64,000 nt of DNA from an uncultured Algimonas sp. (GTDB lineage Bacteria > Pseudomonadota > Alphaproteobacteria > Caulobacterales > Maricaulaceae): positions 30 through 64,029 of the forward strand of contig CAZSKH010000001.1 in the NCBI GenBank assembly GCA_964607395.1, written 5' to 3'. Shown here in pieces: positions 20,921 to 30,963 of this stretch. How positions within the stretch are numbered: the stretch's first letter is position 1; each line of letters begins with the position of its first letter. The position numbers and the translations under genes were made by a program. The notes beneath the pieces were generated by a model. The model did not search any database. It had not been told where the DNA came from and saw only the letters and a program-made list of their open reading frames with translations.

Positions 20921-21705
20921 TACACAAACTCCACGTCACAGGAGCCAAAGCCCTCAATAGACATCGTCATTTTGTCTCCGCGCGCCGCAGGATGGAGCGG
21001 CACGAGTGAGCCTGACAAAATAATCTCACCCGCCTCAAACGGAATACCATATTCCCCTAGGGTATTGGCGAGCCAAGCTACAGCATTCTCGGGTGCGCCC
21101 TGCACCGAAGACCCAACACCGCGGCTAATCTCTGCGCCGTTTTTCTCAACGATAACTTCTAGTGCCGCCATATCCAATCCGCGCGGTTCAACTTTCTGCT
21201 CGCCCAGAACAAAGACGCCGCAAGAGGCATTATCCGCGACCGTATCTTGTATGTTGATTTTCCAGTCTTTGATACGGCTATCGACGATTTCAAAGCAAGG
21301 CTGCACATATTCCGTCGCATCCAGAACATCTTGCCCCGTTACGGCTGGCCCTTTGAGACCCTTTTTCAGCTTAAAAGCAATTTCCGCTTCAGCCATTGGC
21401 GCGATGTGGCAATCGACATGCACCTTGCCATCCGTCACGTGCATAGCATCTGTTAGGAACCCAAAATCCGGCTGGAACACGCCGAGCATATCTTGGACAG
21501 GCTTAGAGGTGACACCGATTTTCTTACCGACGACTTTTTCGCCATTTACAGCTTTACGAATATTTAGGAACGCCAAGGAAATTTGATAGGCATCGTCAAT
21601 GCTCATATCGGGATAGCTATCCGTTAGGGGCGCTATGGGTTGCCGATCGGCCAGCGCGCTAAATAGCGCCCGTGCGACAATTGGATATTGCTCTGACATC
21701 GCCAT
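20920..21705 (-). CDS. hsaE: 2-hydroxyhexa-2,4-dienoate/2-keto-4-pentenoate hydratase (HsaE/TesE)
   Basis: [28 protein letters not shown]. Confidence 0.88.
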   Translation of the reverse strand: MAMSEQYPIVARALFSALADRQPIAPLTDSYPDMSIDDAYQISLAFLNIRKAVNGEKVVGKKIGVTSKPVQDMLGVFQPDFGFLTDAMHVTDGKVHVDCHIAPMAEAEIAFKLKKGLKGPAVTGQDVLDATEYVQPCFEIVDSRIKDWKINIQDTVADNASCGVFVLGEQKVEPRGLDMAALEVIVEKNGAEISRGVGSSVQGAPENAVAWLANTLGEYGIPFEAGEIILSGSLVPLHPAARGDKMTMSIEGFGSCDVEFV

Positions 21706-22538
21706 TAGCCGAGCTTCAAAAAATCAATGGACGCCGCATTAAACATCCTTGCATGCTCAATCATAACCCAATGGCCGCAGGCATTCACTTCGATGAAACG
21801 GGACTGTTCATTCGCTTTGAGGCACTTTTCTTTACCCTGAGGCGGCATAAATTCATCATTGGCGCCCCAAAATGTCAGAATGGGACAAGTCAACTCTGTC
21901 ATGCGCGAGCCCAGTTCAGGCGTCTTCATTGTCGTCAGCACTTCCTTAGGCTGATCCCGAGCTACAGCCCAGCGCATATCGATAAGCTCTTGCGTCACAT
22001 GTTTCGGGTCATAGGTAAAAAGCCGCATGACATCGCCTTGCGTGTCATTGCTCATCCCCGCTTTGTTCGCGTCCATCATTTTCGCAATGCCCGGCATTGT
22101 CCAATAAGCATCTTGCGGTTCGAGACACCCTGGGCCCATCAAGATAAGCTTTTCGACAAAATCAGGATTGTCCAGCGCGATTTGTATCGCCACGCCACCG
22201 CCAAGCGAATTACCGACAAAGCTACACTTTTCAACACCCATCGCTTTGAGACCTGCTATTAGCGTATCACAGAAAAGACTTAGCGTATAATCGCCCAAAT
22301 CTAGCGGCTTATCAGTATATCCAAAGCCAATCATATCAGGCATCAACACGCGAAAACCTGCACCTGCGAAAGCGTCCTTATTCAAACGAAAGTTCGCCCA
22401 AGCACTATTGCCTGGCCCTGAGCCATGCAGAAAGACAACGGGGTGACCGCCTCTATCGCCATATTCGAGATAGTGCATGCGGATAGGCCCCGCCTGCACA
22501 TATCGGCCCTCAGGCGGGCCGCCCTCCGGGACAGACAT
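21705..22538 (-). CDS. hsaD: Meta-cleavage product hydrolase HsaD/TesD
   Basis: HGSGPG, GNSLGG, CGHWVM..H; lies between hsaA and hsaE. Confidence 0.85.
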   Translation of the reverse strand: MSVPEGGPPEGRYVQAGPIRMHYLEYGDRGGHPVVFLHGSGPGNSAWANFRLNKDAFAGAGFRVLMPDMIGFGYTDKPLDLGDYTLSLFCDTLIAGLKAMGVEKCSFVGNSLGGGVAIQIALDNPDFVEKLILMGPGCLEPQDAYWTMPGIAKMMDANKAGMSNDTQGDVMRLFTYDPKHVTQELIDMRWAVARDQPKEVLTTMKTPELGSRMTELTCPILTFWGANDEFMPPQGKEKCLKANEQSRFIEVNACGHWVMIEHARMFNAASIDFLKLG

Positions 22539-23713
22539 CAGACAAAAACATCCGTACTGTCAGCGCCAAGATGAACCGCGCCGAGGTTACGGGCAAAGCT
22601 GATAGGGTTATTGGCCACATGTGCCCGCGCAATGTGAATATCATGCCAAATATCTTGGATGGGTGAATTACGATAAACGCTACGTCCGCCCGCGACATCA
22701 AAGAGCATATCCACGGCTTGCATCATGCGCTCAATGACCAGGCTAGCCTGATAGCGATATTTAATGCGGTCTTTCATCGGAATTTCGCGGCCTGCACTTA
22801 CATGCTCCATCATCTCATCGAAATTACGATACATGATCGCTTCGGTCTCATCGATGAGGTTAGCGGCCTCTGCGACGCGGCGCGTCACATCAGGGTCACT
22901 GGCAAGACGCGTGACATCGGTCGAGCTGCCTTGCGCATTATCAATGAAGAGCTGCAGCGCGTGTTTCGCCGCGCCAATAGCGGGCGTACACACAACCCGC
23001 ACAAACATTTGCGCCCAAGGAATGGAGTACATCTCATTGTCTTGATAGTGCTTACAGTTAAAGCCGTCCATTTGGTGATGCGTGCGATATTCAGGCACAA
23101 AGACAGGCTTTTTGATGATAATGTCGTTCGACCCTGTCGCCTGCAGACCCATAGCATGCCACGTATCCTCAATAAAATAATCAGGCTTACTGACGAGGAA
23201 AGTGCGGTAGTGAATATTCTCAGGACCCTGATCAAATATTAATCCGCCGAGCAACACCCAGTCACAATGCCCTGAGCCAGAACTCCAGCCCCACTGACCT
23301 GACAACATAAAGCCGCCCTCAGCGGTTTCGACCTTTGCATTTGCAGGATTGTAAGAGGAACTGATGAAGGTGTCCGGCTCGGTAGCATAAACTTCTTTCG
23401 CGGCTTTTGGATCCATTAGGGATAATTGATAGGCGTGGACGGCGATTATCCCGCTGGCCCAAGCCGTGCCCATGTCACGCTCAGCAATATCGACGGAGGC
23501 TTTGAAAAATTCCTGCGGCGGCCGCTCTAACCCGCCATATTGTTTGGGCAAAAATGAACGGAAATAGCCCGTCTTACGAATGGCCTCGATAGCCTTTCTA
23601 GGGATTTCACGTTTTTTGCGGCCCTCAGCAGCACATAAACTGATCGTGTCCAATGCACTCGAAACATCCAAGACCATGTCTTCACTTACGGATTTCAATG
23701 CTGCCTGTCCCAT
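22538..23713 (-). CDS. hsaA: Flavin-dependent 3-HSA hydroxylase oxygenase subunit HsaA/TesA2
   Basis: SSSYNP, WGWSSGSGHCDW, WHAMGLQATGSND, WHDIHIARAHVAN; AAGGAG RBS before the ATG at 23713. Confidence 0.85.
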   Translation of the reverse strand: MGQAALKSVSEDMVLDVSSALDTISLCAAEGRKKREIPRKAIEAIRKTGYFRSFLPKQYGGLERPPQEFFKASVDIAERDMGTAWASGIIAVHAYQLSLMDPKAAKEVYATEPDTFISSSYNPANAKVETAEGGFMLSGQWGWSSGSGHCDWVLLGGLIFDQGPENIHYRTFLVSKPDYFIEDTWHAMGLQATGSNDIIIKKPVFVPEYRTHHQMDGFNCKHYQDNEMYSIPWAQMFVRVVCTPAIGAAKHALQLFIDNAQGSSTDVTRLASDPDVTRRVAEAANLIDETEAIMYRNFDEMMEHVSAGREIPMKDRIKYRYQASLVIERMMQAVDMLFDVAGGRSVYRNSPIQDIWHDIHIARAHVANNPISFARNLGAVHLGADSTDVFV

Positions 23714-23751
23714 AATAGACTCCTTCATTAATCGCGGAGATTATCACTGAA

Positions 23752-23843
23752 TGCGCATTTTTCAATGGCATTTAATACGCAAAATGAAGTTTTTAGACTA
23801 AAAAAACGCTAATTTGCGTAAGAATGTCGCAATTCATTACGCT
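23752..23843. promoter_or_regulatory. Candidate operator array 1: TGCGCA(23752)-TACGCA(23776)-TGCGTA(23815)-TACGCT(23838)
   Basis: Box spacing 24/39/23 bp; upstream of the hsaA-ipd operon. Confidence 0.75.
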
Positions 23844-25351
23844 TTTAGGAGATACTTCATCACCTTACCCGAAGCATTGCGTGGTAAAGCCTCATAAAAA
23901 ATCACGTCGCGCGGGACTTTGTAATTAGCCATATTTTCACGGCACCAAGTTATAAGAGCCTCTTTGGGAGGGCCGCCCACGGCTACGATATGCGCATGAG
24001 TAACTTCACCGAGTCGTTCATCAGGCGCACCTGTGACCGCCACATCCGTTATGGCAGGGTGCTGGAGCAGCGCTTTTTCGATTTCCGCAGGATAGACATT
24101 AAACCCGCCCACAATCACCATATCCTTTTTACGGTCTGTGATTTTGATATAGCCCTTGGCATCTTGTGTGCCTACGTCGCCGGTCTTAAGCCAGCCATCG
24201 GGCGTTATCGTTTCAGCCGTAGCTTCAGGCATATCCAGATAGCCCTGCATCACATTAAAACCGCGCACCCAAATCTCGCCCTCTTCACTCGCTACGACAT
24301 CTTCTCCGTCATCATCGACTAAACGCAATTCCGTTCCCGGCAAAGGTCGTCCACAGGTCGTCGCAATCGTCTCAAAATCGTCACCCTTCTGGCAAAGCGA
24401 AACAACACCTGTGGACTCAGTTAGGCCGTAAGCCGAAAAGACATCATCTATGCCAAGGTCTTCATGCATGCGGCGGATCAGATCCACAGGAATAGTGGTC
24501 GCGCCTGTCGTTGCCACGCGCAGGCTTGAGATATCATGTTTGACCAAATCAGGATGGGCCAATAGCGTTTGAAATATCGTTGGAGCGCCCGGCATGACGG
24601 TAATCTTATCGCGCTCTATCCGCTCCAGCACGCCTTTAGGATCATAAGTTGCCAATGGAAAAATCGCCGCGCCTTTGATGAGGCAAGATAGCCACCCCGC
24701 CTTATACCCGAAGCTATGAAAGAATGGATTGACCACGAGATAGCGGTCATTTTCAGTCATCCCAATGGCATCGGTGAAACTCTCAAAGACCTGCACATTT
24801 TGCGCGTGAGTCGTCATCGCCCCTTTAGGAGCGCCTGTCGTGCCGGAAGTGAAAATGATGTCGGAGATATCGTCATCAGAGACGTGGTTATCACACTCGT
24901 CATCACCAGCGCGAGATAAGAAAGCGTCAAAAACGCCCTGCCCTTGCTCTTCGCGGATGACAATGACCTCTTGCAAATCAGGCAAGTCTTTACCCTTGAG
25001 CATCGCAGGATAATCATAGCCTAGAAAGCCCTTAATGGTAAAGAGCAACTTACAATGCGAACGCCGCAAGATATCCGCTGCTTCTGCCCCTTTATAACGC
25101 GTATTCAGCGTGACCATTACCGCGCCCAAACTCTGCCCCGCCAGCGCCGTGACAATCCACTCCGCACAATTCGGAGCCCATATGCCAAACCTATTACCAT
25201 GGCTTAGTCCCACCCCGCGCATCACAGCGGCAGTTTTTTGGACATGCTCTGCCAACTCGCCATAGCTCAAACGCCATTCCCCATCCTGAATAGCAAGCGC
25301 GTGAGGACGCCGCTCAGCTTGCTCAAACAGAACTTGTGGGATTGTGGTCAT
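23837..25351 (-). CDS. fadD3: HIP-CoA synthetase FadD3/ScdA-like acyl-CoA ligase
   Basis: FTSGTTGAPKG, PFFHSFGYKAG (FadD3-type), YGLTE, RNASGKV. Confidence 0.82.
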   Translation of the reverse strand: MTTIPQVLFEQAERRPHALAIQDGEWRLSYGELAEHVQKTAAVMRGVGLSHGNRFGIWAPNCAEWIVTALAGQSLGAVMVTLNTRYKGAEAADILRRSHCKLLFTIKGFLGYDYPAMLKGKDLPDLQEVIVIREEQGQGVFDAFLSRAGDDECDNHVSDDDISDIIFTSGTTGAPKGAMTTHAQNVQVFESFTDAIGMTENDRYLVVNPFFHSFGYKAGWLSCLIKGAAIFPLATYDPKGVLERIERDKITVMPGAPTIFQTLLAHPDLVKHDISSLRVATTGATTIPVDLIRRMHEDLGIDDVFSAYGLTESTGVVSLCQKGDDFETIATTCGRPLPGTELRLVDDDGEDVVASEEGEIWVRGFNVMQGYLDMPEATAETITPDGWLKTGDVGTQDAKGYIKITDRKKDMVIVGGFNVYPAEIEKALLQHPAITDVAVTGAPDERLGEVTHAHIVAVGGPPKEALITWCRENMANYKVPRDVIFYEALPRNASGKVMKYLLKA

Positions 25352-25366
25352 TACTTGCTCATTTTC

Positions 25367-25435
25367 TACGCAATCGAAGAGTTTGACTATACATAGAGAT
25401 TATTTTGCGCAACATAAGAGAGGAATTATTACGCA
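25367..25435. promoter_or_regulatory. Candidate operator array 2: TACGCA(25367)-TGCGCA(25406)-TACGCA(25430)
   Basis: Spacing 39/24 bp in the divergent fadD3/SDR promoter region. Confidence 0.75.
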
Positions 25436-25443
25436 GACGGCTG

Positions 25444-26199
25444 ATGACGTTCAAAGACAAAACAATAATTGTGACAGGCGGCGGGCGCGGCATTGGGCGC
25501 GGTATATCTGAGAGCTTTACCGCCCAAGGCGCGACTATTATTATCTGCGGACGGAGGGAGCCTGAAACGCTGCCAAAGAAAGCTCAATTCATATCGCTCG
25601 ACATAAGAGAGCCCGACGCCGCCAAAGCGCTCATCGCTTTTGCGCTAGAGAAAACAGGCCGTGTCGATTGCCTTATCAACAATGCCGGCGGCGGCCCGCC
25701 TGTGGCCAGTAAAGATGCCAGCCCGAACCTGACGCGAAAGGTCATCGCGCTAAACTTGCTCGCACCCATCAATCTTGCGCAAGCTGCCTATGAACCGCTA
25801 AAATCGAGCGGCGGGTCTATCATCAATATTTCTTCAGTGTCTGCCACGCGCAGTTCCCCTGGTTCTGTCGCCTATGGCGCAGCGAAAGCGGGGCTGCTTA
25901 ACGTCACGACATCCCTCGCTATGGAATGGGCACCTGATATTCGCGTTAACGCGATCATTGTCGGCCTCGTCAAAACCGAAGCCAGCGCCGATCATTACGG
26001 CGGCGAGAAAGGCATGGCACACCTCGCCAGTAAACTGCCGATGAAACGCATGGGCACGCCAGAGGACATAGCCAAAGCCTGCCTCTTCCTCGCAGACCTA
26101 GCTAACAGCTATGTCTCAGGCGCCTGCCTAGAAGTTTTTGGCGGCGGAGAACCGCCAAGCTTTTTAAAAATCGCCGAAGACGCACATAAGCTGGGATGA
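25444..26199 (+). CDS. SDR oxidoreductase (Rv3549c-like)
   Basis: TGGGRGIG, NNAGGGP, YGAAKAG, C-terminal GGGEPP; ATG at 25444 preferred over the upstream TTG. Confidence 0.85.
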   Translation: MTFKDKTIIVTGGGRGIGRGISESFTAQGATIIICGRREPETLPKKAQFISLDIREPDAAKALIAFALEKTGRVDCLINNAGGGPPVASKDASPNLTRKVIALNLLAPINLAQAAYEPLKSSGGSIINISSVSATRSSPGSVAYGAAKAGLLNVTTSLAMEWAPDIRVNAIIVGLVKTEASADHYGGEKGMAHLASKLPMKRMGTPEDIAKACLFLADLANSYVSGACLEVFGGGEPPSFLKIAEDAHKLG

Positions 26200-26672
26200 A
26201 CCTGGAAGACCGCATCATCCGCGTCGAGGCAGAGCTTGCCATTCGCAATGTCATTGCGCGTTATGGTCTGGCTGCGGATTGTGGGGACATCGCTACTGCC
26301 CTCGCCTGCCACACGACGGAAGCAGTTTATGTCGTGAGTAACCCCCGCGCTGGCCGCGAGGGCGAAACTGGTGATTTGGAACTGAAAGGCCATCAAGCTA
26401 TCGCTAATATGCTTACTTCTGACATGCACCAATCGCTGCTGCCAGATTGCGCGCATACCGTTGGTCCACTTGTTGTTGAGGTTGAGGGCGATAGCGCCCA
26501 AGTCACGGGCTATTCCCGCGTCTATCACAAACAGAAACTGATGCGGGTAGCCGTAAATCAATGGACGATGCGAATGGATATCGGCACATGGAAAATCGCC
26601 CACCGCGAGAGCCGCTTAGTCGGCGAAGAAGCGGCGCAAAAACTATTACGGGAGAGCTTAAATGGCTTTTAG
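26196..26672 (+). CDS. SnoaL-like/NTF2 family protein
   Basis: LEDRI..VEAELAIRNVIARYGLAAD...WKIAHR; ATGA coupling to the upstream gene. Confidence 0.78.
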   Translation: MNLEDRIIRVEAELAIRNVIARYGLAADCGDIATALACHTTEAVYVVSNPRAGREGETGDLELKGHQAIANMLTSDMHQSLLPDCAHTVGPLVVEVEGDSAQVTGYSRVYHKQKLMRVAVNQWTMRMDIGTWKIAHRESRLVGEEAAQKLLRESLNGF

Positions 26673-27864
26673 AGGATGGCATGTTTTAGGCGCGAGTTTC
26701 ATTACCGCGATGCTGATGGCAGGGGCGACGTTTTATTCCTTCCAGCATTTCGTCACGCCTATAGAGGCAGAGTTTGGTTTGGCACGCGACCAAGTCAATC
26801 TGGGTATGATGCTCTTTCTTCTCAGCTCTGCCATATGGGCTGCGATAGTCGGCAAATCCATCACCCGCGTGAATCCGCGTAAATTAGCCCTAATCGGAAT
26901 CGCCGCCTTTGCGCTGAGCTTTATCGGATTGTCTTTCGCCCAAAGCCCGCAGCAAATGCTTCTGCTTATCGCCCTGCCGCTTGGCTTTGGATTTACCGCC
27001 TGTGGGCCCTTCATCGCCAATGTGCTGACGACGAATTGGTTTTACAAGAAACGTGGCCGCGCCCTCGGCATCGCGGCGGTGGCGACTTCGGCGGGCGGCT
27101 TCCTTGTCCAACCTCTTTTTAGTTATATGATATTTAAATTCGGATGGCGCGCGGCGCTTTTATGTATGGGCTTAGCTATCGCTCTGATCTCTGCACTCTT
27201 GATAATGCGTTATTTCATTTCCAAGCCTGAAGATATTGGCCAATTTCCTGACGGCGAACAGCAGGGCACAGAACAAATTGTGACGTCGGCGAACCCGTCT
27301 CTTATTTTAAAGAACCGAGATTTTTGGATTATCGGCCTTGCCTGTGGTTTACTGCTCGCCAGTGACCAAGCTTTGCTCGTCTCGCTCAAGCCCTTTGGCG
27401 AGAGTATCGGCTTTTCAAATGCTCAAGCCACGCTCATCCCCACCGTTGTGGCGGGGTCTGCCATCTTAGGGAAAATCCTCATTGGCTGGATGATTGAGCG
27501 CTTTGATAAACGCGCCGTCTTTGCGTTAGTCTGCCTGTCCAATGTGCTGTTTTTACTGGCAGCAATTTTTCTCACCAACTTCGCCGCTCTCGTGACTGTG
27601 GCGGCATTTGTCGGCATGGCAATTGGCGGTATCTATCCCGTTTGGACGGGCATCACGGCAGATACATTTGGGCGGGATTATTTCGCGCCCGCCATAGGGA
27701 TGATGAATATCCTCATGGTCTTGCTGGCGGTTGTTGCGATTGGATTTGTCGGGGCCTCATTTGCGGCCAACCAAAGCTATAACCAAGCCTTTATGGTTTT
27801 CATCCCTATCGCACTCCTAGCGGCTATTGTTATGGCTTTCGTTCGCGTGAAGAAGGAGCCTTAA
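26662..27864 (+). CDS. MFS transporter
   Basis: About 12 hydrophobic segments; WF.KKRGRALG motif. Confidence 0.88.
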   Translation: MAFRGWHVLGASFITAMLMAGATFYSFQHFVTPIEAEFGLARDQVNLGMMLFLLSSAIWAAIVGKSITRVNPRKLALIGIAAFALSFIGLSFAQSPQQMLLLIALPLGFGFTACGPFIANVLTTNWFYKKRGRALGIAAVATSAGGFLVQPLFSYMIFKFGWRAALLCMGLAIALISALLIMRYFISKPEDIGQFPDGEQQGTEQIVTSANPSLILKNRDFWIIGLACGLLLASDQALLVSLKPFGESIGFSNAQATLIPTVVAGSAILGKILIGWMIERFDKRAVFALVCLSNVLFLLAAIFLTNFAALVTVAAFVGMAIGGIYPVWTGITADTFGRDYFAPAIGMMNILMVLLAVVAIGFVGASFAANQSYNQAFMVFIPIALLAAIVMAFVRVKKEP

Positions 27865-27865
27865 T

Positions 27866-28693
27866 ATGCCTACCACACTCCTCACAGATACGACCGATAA
27901 AATTCTGACGGTTACGCTGAACCGGCCAAAAAAACTGAACGCCCTCACGCCGGAATTACTCGCGGAGTTAAAAGCGGAGTTAGACAATGCAGCTGTGAAT
28001 GACGCGGTCTCTGTGGTTATTATCAAATCGGCGGGCCGCGCTTTTTGTGTGGGATATGATTTGAATGAAGAGAACTGGATTACGTCGCAATACCCCGCCA
28101 ATTTCGAGGAGGGCGTCGAGATAGAGCAGGATAAAAAAGACATCATGGCTCTGCTTGATTATTGGCTGGATATGTGGCGCTTTCCCAAGCCCATTATCTG
28201 CCAAGTCCAAGGCGCGTGCCTCTCCGGCGCAGGCGAGATGCTAGCCGTTTCAGACCTCGTCGTCGCCAGTGAAGCCGCCAGCTTCGGTCACCCCGCAGGA
28301 CGCGATCTCGGCATCCCGCCCACCGTCTTTTTCTGGCCGCTGACCATTGGTATGCGCAAATCCAAAGAAATGCTCTACACGGCGCGAAGCATGGGTGCAG
28401 AGGAAGCCGAAAAATTAGGACTAATTAATAAGATTGTTCCTGCCGGTGAATTAGAAACCGCGACACGCGCTTTGGCCGAGGACATCGCCAAAACCCCCGT
28501 CAATCACTTGATGATTTTAAAGCAATCGGTGAATAATTTTTACGATAATATGAATGTAGAAAAAAGTACCCGACAAGCCTCTGACCTAGATGCAGAGTTT
28601 CATCAAAGCCCGACCTTTTTGGCGTTTTTTAAACTGGTGAGGGAAAAAGGGATGAAGGCGGCGTTAACAGAACGGGCGCGGTTGTTTGGATAA
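27866..28693 (+). CDS. Enoyl-CoA hydratase/isomerase family protein
   Basis: TLNRPKKLNAL, AFCVGYDL, FPKPIICQVQG. Confidence 0.85.
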   Translation: MPTTLLTDTTDKILTVTLNRPKKLNALTPELLAELKAELDNAAVNDAVSVVIIKSAGRAFCVGYDLNEENWITSQYPANFEEGVEIEQDKKDIMALLDYWLDMWRFPKPIICQVQGACLSGAGEMLAVSDLVVASEAASFGHPAGRDLGIPPTVFFWPLTIGMRKSKEMLYTARSMGAEEAEKLGLINKIVPAGELETATRALAEDIAKTPVNHLMILKQSVNNFYDNMNVEKSTRQASDLDAEFHQSPTFLAFFKLVREKGMKAALTERARLFG

Positions 28694-28697
28694 ACCT

Positions 28698-28996
28698 CTA
28701 TCTGTTTATTATTATATCGAGATAATAATCGAGTTTCTCAATCAAGGATATGTTCTCATCAGCCCGATCTACAAAAATAGTTTTCTCGTTAACGCACTCT
28801 ATTGCATCAAACTCAACGGCACCAGACTCCCAAACGCAAATTGTCGCAATCAGAAAGTCCTTTTCTAAATCTATTCTCTTAGCCGTATTGCTCGTCGGCT
28901 CACAGTCAACTAAATCAACTTCAAACACCTTCGCTTCAAGTCCAGGTTTTCTCTCTATACGCCAATTCGAAAAACGAGTAAATTATCCTCAGTCAT
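28698..28996 (-). pseudogene. Small AT-rich acidic protein resembling TriTu-type polymorphic-toxin immunity proteins; apparent -1 frameshift near the 5' end
   Basis: The ORF 28698-28928 joins the ATG at 28996 if one base is added to the A5 run at 28970-28974. RIDLE...IATICVWESG.VEFDAI...EKTIF resembles immunity proteins. A TATAAT box lies just upstream. Confidence 0.45.
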
Positions 28997-29027
28997 AAAT
29001 TTTCCAGATAAGCTATAATTATAAATT

Positions 29028-29924
29028 TTAAATCACTGCCGTCAAAATTGAGGTTGCCGCATCAGGCATGTCAAATGACGCTCTTTGCCCGCCGAGATAA
29101 TTCTCAATTAGCCAGCCTGCGTTTAGAAAATCAACCTGACTAAACCCCGCTGCTTTCAACATTTCCTCGAGCTCACTTTCGTAATATTTACTCTTCATCG
29201 GCTCGCCCATTTCTGAGACGACCTTTTGTAAATCGGCAACAGAGTCCTCAGAAACTTTTCCGGCTTGAACATAGCTAGGGCTCATGAAGTCCATCACCAT
29301 TTGGCTACCTTTAGGGTAAGCGCCCATAACGCTAAAGGTTGATTTCACAGCCTCATCCGTCAGGTACATTTGCACGCCCAGCCACGTGAAGAAGGTTATT
29401 TTGCTGGGGCTCACGCCGCCCGTCTCCAAGGCCTGGGCCAAAGTCTGATTTTCGAAATCGAAAGGTACAAAGGTGAGGTTATCGGGCACGGCAATAATTG
29501 CCTTTTCGAGTTGCTCTTGCTTCCACGCTTGGGTCGACGGAAAGTCGACCTCAAAGACCTGCAAACCTTCCGTCAAATCCGTGCAGCGGTAAGCTGTGGA
29601 GTCCAAACCTGCGCCTAAAATAACGAGTTGTTCCAATCCGCGTGCACGGGCTTTGGGGAGTTCCTCTTCTACCACACGGCTACGCATACAAACCGACCCA
29701 TCAATACGGTTCATAAATGTTTTAGCCGTTTTAATATCGCTGAGCGCACCGAAAGCTTGCACCATCGTGTCGATATAACCTTGCACAGCTTCAGGGCCGT
29801 CCAACCCTGTCAGGGCCATAGCGAGCGTATCATACAAGACCTTAGGTTCGGGCGCGGTTTGATAATGGTGGGCACGTTGCACGGCGGTCAAAAGAGCGGT
29901 GCGGCTTGGTTGTCCTTTAATCAT
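29028..29924 (-). CDS. SAM-dependent methyltransferase (LCM/YktD-like)
   Basis: PSRTAL..A..RA, QLVILGAGLDS, VFEVD.P.TQAWK, WLGVQMYL. Confidence 0.85.
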   Translation of the reverse strand: MIKGQPSRTALLTAVQRAHHYQTAPEPKVLYDTLAMALTGLDGPEAVQGYIDTMVQAFGALSDIKTAKTFMNRIDGSVCMRSRVVEEELPKARARGLEQLVILGAGLDSTAYRCTDLTEGLQVFEVDFPSTQAWKQEQLEKAIIAVPDNLTFVPFDFENQTLAQALETGGVSPSKITFFTWLGVQMYLTDEAVKSTFSVMGAYPKGSQMVMDFMSPSYVQAGKVSEDSVADLQKVVSEMGEPMKSKYYESELEEMLKAAGFSQVDFLNAGWLIENYLGGQRASFDMPDAATSILTAVI

Positions 29925-30963
29925 AATCTATGTATCCCTCTGGTCCAATTGTGTAGAGTGTCTTGTAATTAGGTTTCGTCAATTCCGCCCCGCTCCTAAA
30001 CCGCTCAACTAAATCTGGATTCGCCACATAGTGCCGCCCAAATGAAATGGCGTCTGCCTTGCCCTCCGCAAGCGCCCTATTCCCACGCTCTAAATCATAG
30101 CTGTCATTTAAAATCACGGGCCCCTCAAATTCGGCGGCAAGAGCGATATTATCCACGCCTGCATTTATGCGAATGACGTGGATATAAGCTAGGCCCATAG
30201 GGTTGATGGATTTAATCAATTCTCGAAAGGTCTCTTCAGGGTTGTCGTCGGAGAGGTCGTTAAACGGGTTGCCAGGACAGATGCGCATGCCAGCGCGGCC
30301 TGCGCCTGCTTCGGCAACCATGGCTTCCAATACTTCGAGGACAAATCGCAATCGGTTATCTAATGACCCGCCATATTTATCACTGCGTTTATTTGTTCCT
30401 GTGGAGAGAAATTGCGCGGGGAGATAGCCGCTCGTGCAGTGAAGCTCTACCCCGTCACAGCCCGCCGCTAACGCATTCCTCGTCGCTTGCCCATAATCAG
30501 AAATAGTCTGTTCAATCTCTGACGAGCTCATCTCTTCGGGCATATCGAAAGACTGCATGCCCGCCGCATCCGTGAACATCTCGCCTTTGGCCTGAATAGC
30601 TGATGGCGCAAGCGTACGCGACCCTTTAAGCTTATTATGATGACTAGCCACACGCCCGCAATGCATGATTTGCATGACGATTTTCCCGCCCTTTGCATGG
30701 ACAGCCTCCGTCACCAATTTCCAGCCTGCAATCTGCTGCTCCGTCACAATCCCAGGTGTGCGGACATAGCCTTTACCGTCAAAATTCGGATAGACGCCTT
30801 CGGTGATAATCAGGCCGCTACTCGCCCGCTGTTTGTAATAAAGCGCATTCATTTCGGTCGGCGCGTCGCCCTCACCTGCGCGAGACCGCGTCATGGGCGC
30901 CATGAAAATACGGTTCTTACACGCGATATCACCAAGCTTAATCGGGTCAAATAAAGTCGGCAT
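29917..30963 (-). CDS. Old yellow enzyme family alkene reductase (NemA-like)
   Basis: NRIFMAPMTRSRA, DGVELH...GYL, RSDKYGGS, GYIDY. Confidence 0.9.
   Translation of the reverse strand: MPTLFDPIKLGDIACKNRIFMAPMTRSRAGEGDAPTEMNALYYKQRASSGLIITEGVYPNFDGKGYVRTPGIVTEQQIAGWKLVTEAVHAKGGKIVMQIMHCGRVASHHNKLKGSRTLAPSAIQAKGEMFTDAAGMQSFDMPEEMSSSEIEQTISDYGQATRNALAAGCDGVELHCTSGYLPAQFLSTGTNKRSDKYGGSLDNRLRFVLEVLEAMVAEAGAGRAGMRICPGNPFNDLSDDNPEETFRELIKSINPMGLAYIHVIRINAGVDNIALAAEFEGPVILNDSYDLERGNRALAEGKADAISFGRHYVANPDLVERFRSGAELTKPNYKTLYTIGPEGYIDYD

Noticed and set aside
20972-22262. Long antisense ORFs (20972-21586 and 21672-22262; similarly 7537-8100, 32308-32976, 51256-52065)
   Set aside because: They lie opposite well-supported enzymes and have no recognisable motifs, so they are treated as shadow ORFs.
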